Assembly: GCA_002269645.1 (NCBI GenBank)
Contig: NIVC01002089.1
Coordinates: forward strand, 124,001-188,000
DNA length: 64,000 nucleotides
Direction of reading: 5' to 3'
Origin: Macrostomum lignano
Taxonomy: Eukaryota
Below, piece by piece: positions 45,380-57,246 of the stretch. Position numbers and translations under genes: made by a program. Each line of letters begins with the position of its first letter. Within the stretch, counting starts at the first letter, position 1. Below the pieces are notes generated by a model. It was not told the DNA's origin, ran no database searches, and saw only the letters and a program-made list of their open reading frames with translations.

Positions 45380-48300
45380 ATGGCAACCAGTTCGGTTGCC
45401 AACAGCGGCGATGTTGCCAATTTCAAAAAATCGCCGGCAGCAAATGGCGGTCGCGGCGGCGGCAGCAGCGGCAGTGCATGCGGCTCGCTGAGCTCCCTGA
45501 CTGGCGCCAGAAAAATTGACCTGTGCGCCTTCTGCGGCCAGTTCCACGAGCCCGGAGCCACCCACCTGTACGACTATAATCAGCAGGTTGACCAGGACCT
45601 GCTGTGCAAGGTAGGTTGAGCTTTGAACAGAGTAAATCCCGTAATTTGATGTGGTAAATCAGTGAGGATATTAGAATGTCAGTGTGAATAGCTTGTACTC
45701 GCAGTCAATTGTTTCTTTTCTGGGCGGCCAATAAGCAAGGGACTAAGCGATTCCTCCCGTAAGCCTTGACATCTCAGCAATTCCCCCAGTTAGCCTTGAC
45801 ATCTCAGCAATTCCACCAGTAAGCCTTGACATCTCAGCAATTCCCCCAGTAAGCCTTGACATCTCAGCAATTCCCCCAGTAAGCCTTGACATCTCAGCAA
45901 TTCCTCCTGTAAGTCTCGACATACTAGAATGTCACTAAGAATATTTAAATATCACTAAGGATATTACAATTTGGGCCTATTGTTTTATAGAAAAAGACAT
46001 TGACAATCGCTAGCCAAGAAGATTTCTATTCAAACCGGCTATCAAAAAAAGTTGCAAAAAAGTTTGGACTGTTGCCAAAATTGCTGGCGTAAGCATACAG
46101 TTAGCGTTGGCGCAGGGTTACTAAGACACGGACTATTACATTTATATTGATTCAACATTCGCTCTATACTAATAAGGGCGACAGGGCGAACAGGGCATGG
46201 ATAGCGTGGCTGCAGCTACGGTTGGTCTCTGCCATCTTGCGTGTTGTACATCAAGCATGTGTAGTCGAGATTCACCCTTACCCCTCGGTCCTGCGCCCTG
46301 ACCTACCAGTTAACTGGGCCGCGCATTCCCACCAAAGTACCAGTTGGGTGCATGTCTTGCTGCTGGGCAAAATTCTTCCTGCTTCTAATCCATCTTTGTT
46401 CCTTCGGTTCTGCTTCGATTCTTTCTTTACCTTTGCCTCTTCGGCTGTAGCAGTTTGCCATGCATAGTGGGATTGTGTCTGCGATTCTATCTGGGATTCT
46501 GTCTGGGATTCTATCTGGATTCTGTCTGGGATTCTATCTTGGATTCTATCTGGGGTTCTATCTGGGGTTCTATCTGGGATTATATCTGGAATTATATCTT
46601 AGACTCTATCTGGGATTCTATCTTGGATTCTGTCTGGGATTCTATCTTGGATTCTATCTGGGGTTCTATCTGGGATTATATCTGGAATTATATCTTAGAC
46701 TCTATCTGGGATTCTATCTGGATTCTGTCTGGGATTCTATCTTGGATTCTATCTGGGGTTCTATCTGGGATTATATCTGGAATTATATCTTAGACTCTAT
46801 CTGGGATTCTGTCTGGGATTCTATCTGGATTCTGTCTGGGATTCTATCTTGGATTCTATCTGGGGTTCTATCTGGGATTATATCTGGAATTATATCTTGG
46901 AATATATCTGGGTTTCTATCTGGGATTCTATCTTGGATTATATCTGTGATTCTATCTGGGATTATATCTGGGATTCTATCTGTCCATGTATCTGGGATTC
47001 TGTCTGCTAATGTATCTGGGATTCTGTCTGGGATTCTATCTGGTATTCCATCTGGGATTCTATCTGGGATTATATTTTGGATTCTATCTCAGATTCTTTC
47101 TGAAATTCTATCTTGAACTCTATCTAGGGCTTTGTCTGGAATTCTGTTTGAGATTCTATCTCGGGTTCTATCTTGGATTCTATCTGATATCCTATCAGCA
47201 GGGATTCTATATGGGATTCAGTTTGGCATTTTATATTGGATTATATCTGAGATTCTATCTTGGATTCTCTATGGGATTCTGTTTGAGATTCAGTTTGGGA
47301 TTCTATCTCGGGTTCTATCTTGGATTCTATCTGATATCCTATCAGCAGGGATTCTATATGGGATTCAGTTTGGCATTTTATATTGGATTATATCTGAGAT
47401 TCTATCTTGGATTCTCTATGGGATTCTGTTTGAGATTCAGTTTGGGATTCTATCTCGGGTTCTATCTTGGATTCTATCTGAAATCGTATCAGCAAGGATT
47501 CTATATGGGATTCAGTTTGGCATTTTATATTGGATTATATCTGAGATTCTATCTGGGATTCTCTATGAGATTCTGTTTGAGATTCAGTTTGGGATTCTAT
47601 CTCGGGTTCTGTCTGGGATTCTGCCTTCATTCTATGCGGAATACTGGGATCCTAAGTTAAAGCTTAATCTGATTTACTGGTATGTAATGTATTTTTAATA
47701 ATCTAACTCGCAATATTCATATTTGTACTTTTATTGCATTTCAGCTGTGCCAGCAGCCTCTAGTAGAACCCTTGGATACTAAATGCGGTCACACGTTCTG
47801 CACGCCATGCCTGAAAAGTCACCTGGCCAAGCAGGCCCTGTGCCCGATTGACAAAAGTATTATCAACTTCATGGAGTGCTCGCAAGCTTCTAGCTTGGTT
47901 AAGAAGTAAGTTGTATTACCTCTTGCCTTTTACTATCGATATTATTATTATTATTATCTTTTACCTTATATGATCTTACAGAGGGTGGCGGCGCCCTTTG
48001 AAGAATATGAGGGGAGAGAGGAGGGATGGCGGCGCCTTTGAAGAATCTGAGGAAGAGGGGTGGCGGCTTTTTTTGGAATCTGAAGAAGAGGGGTGACGGC
48101 GTCCTTTGAAGAATCTGAGGAAGAGGGGTGGCGGCGTCCTTTGAAGAATCTGAGGAAGAGGGGTGGCGGCGTCCTTTAAAGAATCTGAGGAAGAGGGGTG
48201 GCGGCGTCCTTTGAAGAATCTGAGGAAGAGGGGTGGCGGCGTCCTTTGAAGAATCTGAGGAAGAGGGGTGGCGGCGTCCTTTTTAGAATCTGAGGAGGGG

Positions 48301-48984
48301 TGGCGGCGCGCTTTGAAGAATCGGAAGAAAAGGGGTGGCGGCGCCCTTTGAGGAATCTGATGAATTCGGCACATTAGCGATACTAATAATTTTCGTATGA
48401 ATTTACTTAGTAAGTAGTGTATTTTGCATATATTGTAATTTGAGTAGAAATTCTGCCAGCCAATAGGAGTACAGCAGTTTTCACAATACGTTGCCCTCAA
48501 TCCTCGGCTAGAGCTAGTTCTGTCTGAAGTATCCATATAGTAAGATGAAGCGGCAGTGCTTGGATCTAGAGCTTCACTCTGACTCACTTGTAAGCTTAGT
48601 CTTTCGCGCACTTGTTACAGTGCAGCAGCAATGGTATTCATGCCCGATATCGTAGTAAAAGAAGAAGCTTCTTCTGTCGCTATTGCCGCATCAGAATCTG
48701 TTTCTGCAAATAAACAAGCGCCATTTCGGGATATTGGCCGGGAAATCCTGCTTAATCCTGCTAGGTCTGTCCGAATATCATTTATTGTTCCGTCCGTGTT
48801 TTTATAACCTACCAGTAATATTACATTTTTTCGTTGCCAGGCTGCTGGACAAGCTTCTAGTTGTGTGCCCCAACGTGGACTACTGCGAAGAGGTCCTGCA
48901 GCGGGCCAATCTCGAGGCGCACCTGACGCACAGGTGAGCGGGTGAAAGTCAATATTATTTTAGTAATTAATTTTTGCAGCCATG

Positions 48985-49030
<46 letters not shown>

Positions 49031-49086
49031 GCCACTACTACTACTACTACTACTACTGCTACTACTACTACTACTACTGCTACTAT

Positions 49087-49162
<76 letters not shown>

Positions 49163-50656
49163 ACTACTACTACTACTACTACACTACCACTTTACCTCCC
49201 AGGTGTCGCGGCGCTGTCACCCGCTGCCCGAAAGCCTCGGCTGGCTGCTCATTTCAAGGCCCAAAAACTGCCCTGCAGAACCATCTGCTGGAGTGCCAGT
49301 TCCGCTCGGACGATGACTTGCCACCAGCTGAGCCCGACTATAACGGTAATTGGTGTTCGTGCACGGGACTGAGACTGACACCTGTGAGATTTTAAAGTAA
49401 CATAAGTGAGATTGTGAGAGTAACATGGGTGAGACTGAGAGTAACATGGGTGAGACTGAGAGTAACATGGGTGAGACTGTGAGTAGAGTAATATGGGTGA
49501 GATTGTAGGAGGCAGTTGTGAGAACAGACTATTAGACTCAGATCTGAGCCTGATATCCATAGAAACAAGCATCGCTGCAATCCTTCCCTAGCCGACTGGC
49601 CACCCAAGGAGCCAATCATCAGCGGCCTTGTAAGCACCATCGAGATCCAACGAGGCTGTCTGGACCTCGGCGTCAGCTTTGTTGGCGGCTGCGACACGCC
49701 TTTGGTGAGTTCCGCGAGGCTGTCCCCATGGTCCTCTCTGTAGGCCGCTGCTGTCCCCATGGTCCTCTCTGTAGGCCGCTGCTGTCCCCATGGTCCTCTC
49801 TGTAGGCCGCTGCTGTCCCCATGGTCCTCTCTGTAGGCCTCTGCTGCCCCCATGGTCCTCTCTGTAGGCCTCTGCTGCCCCCATGGTCCTCTCTGTAGGC
49901 CTCTGCTGCCCCCATGGTCCTCTCTGTAGGCCTCTGCTACCCCCATGGTCCTCTCTGTAGGCCTCTGCTGTCCCCATGGTCCTCTCTGTGCCGTCTGTAG
50001 GCCGTTGGCAATCCGTAATCATGCCATTGCTTTAGCTGGTATAGTCCGGATGCTTTCAACACACCAGACAGGCAAACCCGCATCTGTCAGATCTGCTTCA
50101 GAGCCAAGGTGAAGCAGAGAATGCCTTAGAAGTTTGTTTGTATTGCCATGCATGCATCTTCCAGACCACGTGTGACAGCTCTGCCAATCCGCCAGTTTCG
50201 TCGCGGTTTTCAGTCCATCCCCACCCGCCCCCGGCTTCGGGAACCGCCGTCTGCCTATAAGCTGTGACGTAACCAACCCTTTTTTCTCTCTCGACCGTTC
50301 TGCGGTATTAGACGGCTTCATTATAGTTAGCCGCGATGACTCACGCATCCCATTGGGGCCCCGACCTCATTCTCCTGCCCTGCTCTGCTCCCCAAATCCG
50401 AGTTCTCGCTTCGTTTCATTTCCCTTTGCCCCCCCCCCCCACATTGCCGCCTCTGTTCTGTGCTGCTGGTCTCTTTCTGAGGCAAATTTACTGAGGTATC
50501 CACTCCCCTGGGACACTTCTGCTTGATTCCTCAGTGGCTTCTTTTGGGACTGTCTGTCTGCCTGTCTGTCTGTCTGTCTGCCTGCCTGTCTGTCTGCCTG
50601 CCTGTCTGTCTGTCTGTCTGTCTGTCTGCCTGCCTGTCTGTCTGCCTGCCTGCCTT

Positions 50657-50707
<51 letters not shown>

Positions 50708-50732
50708 GCCTGCCTGTCTGTCTGCCTGCCTT

Positions 50733-50787
<55 letters not shown>

Positions 50788-53700
50788 TAGTGTCTGCATT
50801 AGTATCTGTCTGCCCGCCTGCCTGTCTGTCTGCCTGTCTGTCTGTCTGTCTGTCTTAGTGTCTGCATTAGTATCTGTCTGCCTGCCTGTCCGTCTGTCTG
50901 TCTGTATGTATGTATGTATGTATGTATGAATGTATGTATGTCTATTACTGGAGTAACGTGTCTTCAGTAGTTTGACTTCTTTGGTAGTTTGAACTCTTTG
51001 GTAGTTTAAAATATACAAATACTGAATTATGCCGTGGGAAGTTTCTGACTCTTATGCCAGCCTAAGTTTCCCTCTGCAGTCCCACTCCACCTCATAAGTA
51101 CACGGTGAACTGTTTACAAATCTTTCCAGAGCTGCATCGTCATACAGGAGATCTATATCGACGGTCTAGTTGCTAAGGACGGCAGGTTGCGACCTGGCGA
51201 TCAAATTTTAGAGGCAAGCGTTTGTGATTTTTAATTTCGAGTGCTCCAATTATGCTACTTATTTGTAAATTAGTAGTCAGTAGTATAAAGATTTGATATG
51301 ATTGAACAAACTGCAGGTGAACGGCGTAGATCTCACCCAGGCAACGCACTGTCAGGCTAAGCGGGCCCTGTCCCAGCTGACTCCATTCTGCCGGCTGTCT
51401 GTCTACAGAGAGCTTGGCGCTGTGCCCAGCGATCAAGACGAGGACGATGATGATGAAGCCTGCTGGGCCCAGCAGCAGCAACAGCAGCAGTTGCAACTTC
51501 GCCAGCTGCACCAGCAACGCCAGGAGCAGCAGGAGCATCAGACTGTACTATTAACGGTGTCACTGTTTAAACGCGCCGGCAAACGATTAGGCATTAAATT
51601 GGTTGGAAAGAAGTGAGCTATCAACACCACTTTTACTATATTCAATAGTGTGTTAAAGAGTAGCGGTTATTTTCTGCATAAGAAGGCCTATGAAGAAGTG
51701 AGTGGCGTGGGTGGGTGGGGTGTCAGGTATATCAGGAATGTTTAGAAGAAATAGAGAGTGAGGTGGGTGTCGGAGGGGCCGGAGTGTTTGGAAGAAATAG
51801 GGAGTGAGGTGGATGTCGGAGGGGCAGGAATTTTTTGAATGAATAGGGAGTGAGGTGGATGTCAGAGGGGCAGGAATGTTTTGAATGAATAGGGAGTGAG
51901 GTGGGCGTCGGAGGGGCAGGAATGTTTGGAAGAAATAGGGAGTGAGGTGGATGTCGGAGGGGCAGGAATGTTTTGAATGAATAGGGAGTGAGGTGGGTGT
52001 CGGAGGGGCCGGAATGTTTAGAAGAAATAGGGAGTGAGGTGGGTGTCGGAGGGGCAGGTATGTTTGGAAGAAATAGGGAGTGAGGTGGATGTCGGAGGGG
52101 CAGGAATTTTTTGAATAAATAGGGAGTGAGGTGGATGTCAGAGGGGCAGGAATGTTTTGAATGAATAGGGAGTGAGGTGGGCGTCGGAGGGGCAGGAATG
52201 TTTGGAAGAAATAGGGAGTGAGGTGGATTTCGGAGGGGCAGGAATGTTTTGAAGGAATAGGGAGTGAGGTGGGTGTCAGAGGGGCAGGAATGTTTTGAAT
52301 GAATAGGGAGTGAGGTGGATGTCAGAGGGGCAGGAATGTTTTGAATGAATAGGGAGTGAGGTGGGCGTCGGAGGGGCAGGAATGTTTGGAAGAAATAGGG
52401 AGTGAGGTGGATGTCGGAGGGGCAGGAATGTTTTGAAGGAATAGGGAGTGAGGTGGGTGTCGGAGGGGCAGAAATGTTTGGAAGAAGTAGATGATGAGGT
52501 GGGTGTCAGCTGGGGCAAGCATGTAACGAAGGAGCATGGAGTGCGAAATGTACACTCATTTTGTGGTAGACAATGTACATATTCGTACGTAGTCAATAAA
52601 AAGTTAAAATCAAATGCGACTAACTACGGAAAGTAGCTTAGTAGCCCATGCTTGTGTAGTGTTTTTATCTTTTGAAAGGATAGCAATAGCATAAGCACAT
52701 AATCCTGCCATCTAGGACATGCCCGGGCCTGTTTATCCTCGGCCTCGTGCCCGGCGGTCTGGCCGAAATGGACGGTCGACTTCGACGCGACGATCGAATT
52801 CTAGAGATCAACGGCTTCGATATTGGCGATGGCACTCAGGCTCAAGCGGCCTCTATTATTCAGGCGAGTGTTAGCTTGCCTTTTCTAATTATTTGCTGTT
52901 TTAGTGTATATTAAAAGTAACAAATCAATTTTCGGGTGTATTGTAGCTATGTACTTCTGGGTGTACTTAAATTATATGTACTTTTAGTATACCTCAAATG
53001 TGTACTTTAGTGTGTGGCTTTTATTAACTTTTTCATTATGCTCGAAATTTTGTGATGTAATTTATGATGTACTTTAATAATTATCTTTTGGGTATACGAG
53101 TGTAATACTGATGTACTTTAATTAAATGTACTTTTTTAATGCACTTTTTTTTAACTTCCAGTCGGCCAAAAAGGAGGTGGCATTTCTAGTCGCCCGTCGG
53201 GTAGTCAGCGGCTCGACCCCGCCAATGCAGCCAATCAATGCCATGTCGGCCTACGTCGTCAACTCATCGAATAGCGGACTGGATGACGAGGAAGCTGCAG
53301 CGGGGAAAGACGCCGAAGCAGCGGCGGCAACAGCAACAGACAACGACGAGGAAGAAGACGAAGTTGCGGCCTACGCAGAATCAGCGCCCAGCAAGGAGCC
53401 GCCCAAAGCCAAAGCTGAAGTAGACGAGATTGGAGTGGCGACAGATGAAGAAGAGGCTGGCAAGGAAGATGACGGAGAGGCCGAGGAGGCTGGGCGAGAT
53501 ACGCCGGAAGGAGAATCGGAAGAATTAATTAGAGAAGCCAGAGAGGAAGAGGAGGAGGCGGAGCAGCAGGACCAAGTCGACTCCAACGATGGAGATGATA
53601 ATGGTGGTCACGTTGCTGAAGAGGATGCTGGAGACGACAGTCCCCCACCGACGCCGCCGCCTCATCAGCAGCAGCAGCAACAGCTGCACCATCTGGAGCA

Positions 53701-56700
53701 CCACCCGGCTCCTTACCTGTTCGCCGCAGAGACGCTCGTCGATCGCTGCGTCGTGCTGGAGAAGTCGCCAGGCGAATCTCTCGGCATGTCGGTGGCGGGT
53801 GGCGTCGGATCCCAGCGCGGCGACATCCCTGTGTACGTCACCAACCTGCCGCCGGAGGGCCTAGCGGCCAGGTCGCGGCAGATTCGCAAAGGCGACATTG
53901 TGCTGGGAGTCAACGAGGCCAGCTTGTTAGGATTGCAGCACGAGGAGGCTGTCAGCGTGTTGAAGTCCCAGCCAGCCGGTCAGGTCCGCATTCAACTGCT
54001 GCAGGTAAAAATTAGACTGTTTCGTGCCTGCCGGTCTCCCGTAGCATTTAAGAAATCCGATTCAGTTTGAAGTTCCGAAGTTCAGAGAACAAAAAAGTGG
54101 CCCAAAATAGTTTTGGAATAGCGTTTAAAAATCTTAACAATTTCTTAACACTAAACCTGATCTATACTACTTACTAAGTAGCTTGAAGTTTTACTACAAT
54201 GGGTTGTAAAAATGTTTTAGGCGTTTTCTTAAAACTTCCAGAACTTTCCTTAGGCCTTAGAGATATTTCTGAGGATGCTCTATGTGGGTATATATAAGAG
54301 TTACCAGTGTTCATTATTATAGTTTCACATTGGTTTTATCGTACAAAGGCTGATTTTAAGAGATTTTGAAGTTTCGAGTTTGTAAAGCGCCTTATCGCTG
54401 AACTCTATTCCCATTCCCGTCCATTTTATGTTCTGCCTACCACAAGCCTAACGCCCCCCCCACTTAGTTTTATTTCCGAAACCTCGCTATGTACATTTAT
54501 CTTGCCGGATTGGCACAGATGTACATTGGCGCCGCGCCCCGATCAAATTTGGGAGAGGGGTGGGTGGTTAGCCGCGTGCGCGAATTCTTTAGGCCGCTCG
54601 CTAGCCGGCCCAGCCTAACCGCCGTTGTTTTTACCCAACCTAACGGCCGACGGCTGCTAGCCTTGAAATCCACTAGTCAAAAATTCCCGGCTTAGTTGGT
54701 GGATCCACCGTGAACCCACGCTCGGCTAGCCGTACTGGCTGTGGGGTTTGTTCAGTTCAAGCATTTAGGTTGCTCCTTGGCCAATGTACAGTGTAGGATG
54801 TACATTCACAATACAAGCTAAACCGTTTTATGACCCTTCGCTCGGGCTGAGAGAGGGCGGCGCAGTTGCAGATAGAATCAATGCAAAGTTCACAGATTTC
54901 TTTGGGGCAGTAATGGGCCCAATTAATTCAGATTAACAGTAGGAATACCAAGCCATTTTTCCGCCCGTCGAACTACCAAGACCCTGACAATTTTTTTCGC
55001 TGCGCCGGAACGGAGCAACGCAGGCACACAAAATTTAAGAACACGGGCTAACTTTTTGTTGCGCACCTTCTCAAACAAGAATCAAGTCGCCAGCCCTTCG
55101 GACCATCGAGATATTCGACGATTCTGCCAGAAGGTCGGATTCTTCCCATAAGTGCTAGTGTACTCAGTACACCCCTGTGCGCCAATCAGCACTGCGCCTC
55201 AGTGCAGCCTTGCCAAGTCTCCAAATTTCATCAGCACGTCGAACACATGTGTCTGCATCAGTTCTGACTTCGTTGGTCACTAGCCTTCACCCAGGCGGAG
55301 CTTCTGGACCCTCAACAGCTGTGGCACCAGGTGACTATGGACACCCTGATGCGGATTTCTCTAGTTTCGCCAATCAAGCCTCGACAGTGGGCAAGAATCA
55401 ACCGCCAGAAATTCTCAGCTAGTCTCTCAAGCATTCCGTCATCATCCCGACGCCGTCGGCTCCTTCAACAGATTACACCAGGTGACTATGGACAGCCTGA
55501 TAAGAATTTCTCTAGTTTCGCTGATCAAGCCTCGATAGTGGGCAAAAATCAACTGCTGGAATCCTCAGCTAGTCAGTCAAGCATTCAGCCATCACCCCGA
55601 CGCCGTCGGCACCTTCAACAGGTGGCACCAGGGGAGTAAGGACACCTGAGCGTGATTTTTCATCATGCTCTTAACATTTCTGAATCATTAAAAAATGAAA
55701 AAACCGATTGAATTTACTGGCTTCTTAAAAGCATAACCCTTTCTGCATAAAAATTCGGTTCAATATTATAGTTGAATAAACTAAACAGCTTTTCGAATAA
55801 AATATGTATGTAGCTCGTATGCATAAAAGTATGTGTAATAATATTATAAATATACAGCAACATAAGTTGCTTAACTAGCTTAACTATAGCAATGTCCGTG
55901 CTTTAAAAATTTTGAGAGCTTCAGAAATGTTAAGAGCATGATGAAAAATCACGCTCAGGTGTCCTTACTCCCCTGGTGCCACCTGTTGAAGGTGCCGACG
56001 GCGTCGGGGTGATGGCTGAATGCTTGACTGACTAGCTGAGGATGTCCAGCAGTTGAGGTTTGCCCACTATCGAGGCTTGATCAGCGAAACTAGAGAAATT
56101 CTTATCAGGCTGTCCATAGTCACCTGGTGTAATCTGTTGAAGGAGCCGACGTCGGGATGATGACGGAATGCTTGAGAGACTAGCTGAGAATTTCTGGCGG
56201 TTGATTCTTGCCCACTGTCGAGACTTGATCGGCGAAACTAGAGAAATCCGCATCAGGGTGTCCATAGTCACCTGGTGCCACAGCTGTTGAGGGTCCAGAA
56301 GCTCCACTTGGGTGAAGGCTAGTGACCAACGAAGTCAGAGCTGATGCAGACACATGTGTCCGACGTGCTGATGAAATTTGGAGACTTGGCAAGGCTGCAC
56401 TGAGGCGCAGTGCTGATTGGCGCACAGGGGTGTATTGAATACATGTACACTAGCGCTTATGGGAAAAATCCGACCTTCTGGCAGAATCGTCGAATATCTC
56501 GACGGTCCGAAGGGCTGGCGACTTGATTCTTGTTTGAGAAGGTGCGCAACAAAAAGTTAGCCCGTGTTCTTAAATTTTGTGTGCCTGCGTTGCTCCGTTC
56601 CGGCGCAACAAAAAAATTGTCGGGGGGGGGGGAATTTCCCCCCCTCTCTTGGTGGTTCTACTGTTAATTTGGAAAATTGGTGCATAAAATTTCAAACGAA

Positions 56701-57246
56701 ATTTTGATGAAAAAATTGACTTGGAAGTGGGTTAAACGTTCGAAAAACTATTCTTTATTATAATGCTTTCATTGGGCGCTCCGTTGGACTTGGAATTTTG
56801 AATTTGAATGCCCACCATGGGGGCCTAGTGTGCTACTAACCCCATCTTACCCGTGCCAACTTCGTCTTTTTCAGGGTCCCGAGTCCAGTTCAGGCGGTGG
56901 CAACTTCATGCCCTCCTGGGTCTATTGGCTGGCCCTGCCGCCATTCTGCTACCTGGAGAAGGCTGTTAGACTTTGCCGAGATCCGCGCACAGGTTCGCTC
57001 GGCTTCTCAATTGTTGGCGGCTGCGACAGCGCCAACGGGCCGCAGCCGATCATTGTGAAGAGCATCGTGCACGGCGGCCCGGCCCATGCTCACGGTCAGC
57101 TCAGATGCGGCGACCTTATTATACGGGTCAACGGTGCATACGGTTTATCCGGCGTTACTCACAGCGAAGCTGTCTCACTGCTCAAACAGTTACCATCGGA
57201 GATAATTGTGCTGTCTGTCGTGTCTTGGCCAGGCACTATTGTGTAA
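45380..57246 (+). CDS. LNX: Ligand-of-Numb (LNX1/2-type) E3 ubiquitin ligase: ZnF-RING-ZnF and four PDZ domains
   Basis: Coding exons: 45380..45610, 47745..47905, 48841..48933, 49203..49345, 49591..49704, 51130..51213, 51317..51612, 52716..52863, 53162..54004, 56875..57246; the phases are consistent. The N-terminus [57 protein letters not shown] matches LNX1/2. The four PDZ GLGF-type loops are [23 protein letters not shown] and LGFSIVGG. The first ATG is taken as 45380, and exon 2 opens at 45239. Confidence 0.92.
45749..45915. repeat. 30-bp minisatellite (GTAAGCCTTGACATCTCAGCAATTCCCCCA) in LNX intron 2
   Basis: About 5 copies (starts at 45759 and 45789). Confidence 0.9.
46478..47630. repeat. 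12-bp-based satellite (CTATCTGGGATT) with higher-order repeats, LNX intron 2
   Basis: About 95 monomer equivalents; a 147-bp higher-order period in the distal part. Confidence 0.93.
47985..48360. repeat. 35-bp minisatellite (GAAGAATCTGAGGAAGAGGGGTGGCGGCGTCCTTT) in LNX intron 3
   Basis: AAGAGGGG occurs at 48121 and 48156; about 10 copies. Confidence 0.9.
48985..49190. repeat. (TAC)n/(TGC)n trinucleotide tract filling LNX intron 4
   Basis: Seen directly. Confidence 0.95.
49395..49505. repeat. 21-bp minisatellite (GAGACTGAGAGTAACATGGGT) in LNX intron 5
   Basis: About 5 copies. Confidence 0.8.
49720..49990. repeat. 31-bp minisatellite (CTGCTGTCCCCATGGTCCTCTCTGTAGGCCG) in LNX intron 6
   Basis: TGTCCCC occurs at 49721 and 49752; about 8 copies. 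Confidence 0.92.
50545..50940. repeat. (TCTG)n then (TATG)n microsatellite in LNX intron 6
   Basis: Seen directly. Confidence 0.95.
51745..52505. repeat. 46-bp G-rich minisatellite filling LNX intron 8
   Basis: The unit is AATAGGGAGTGAGGTGGATGTCGGAGGGGCAGGAATGTTTTGAATG (starts at 51796 and 51842); about 16 copies. Confidence 0.95.
54986..56621. mobile_element. Foldback-type element: ~700-bp inverted arms around a 235-bp AT-rich spacer, in LNX intron 10
   Basis: The left arm 54986..55684 is the reverse complement of the right arm 55920..56621 with few substitutions (ORFs 55177..55422+ and 56180..56425- are near-identical). Confidence 0.9.
56834..56874 (+). promoter_or_regulatory. Perfect branch point (TACTAAC) and 3' splice site of LNX intron 10
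   Basis: TACTAAC at 56834-56840; TCTTTTTCAG ends at 56874. Confidence 0.75.

Noticed and set aside
44556-47698. CLSV/QTDR and GFYL/ILSG repeat ORFs that look like transmembrane proteins
   Set aside because: They are translations of (CAGA)n and the 12-bp satellite inside LNX introns.
45239-49700. Numb-binding NPAY/NPAF motif expected in vertebrate LNX1/2
   Set aside because: No NPxY/F was seen in the reconstructed exons; DPYF upstream of the first ATG is not a convincing match, so no Numb-binding claim is made.
55177-56425. Paired ORFs in the foldback arms as a gene pair or toxin-antitoxin system
   Set aside because: They are short, interrupted by stops, and mirror images simply because the arms are inverted copies; no recognisable domain.
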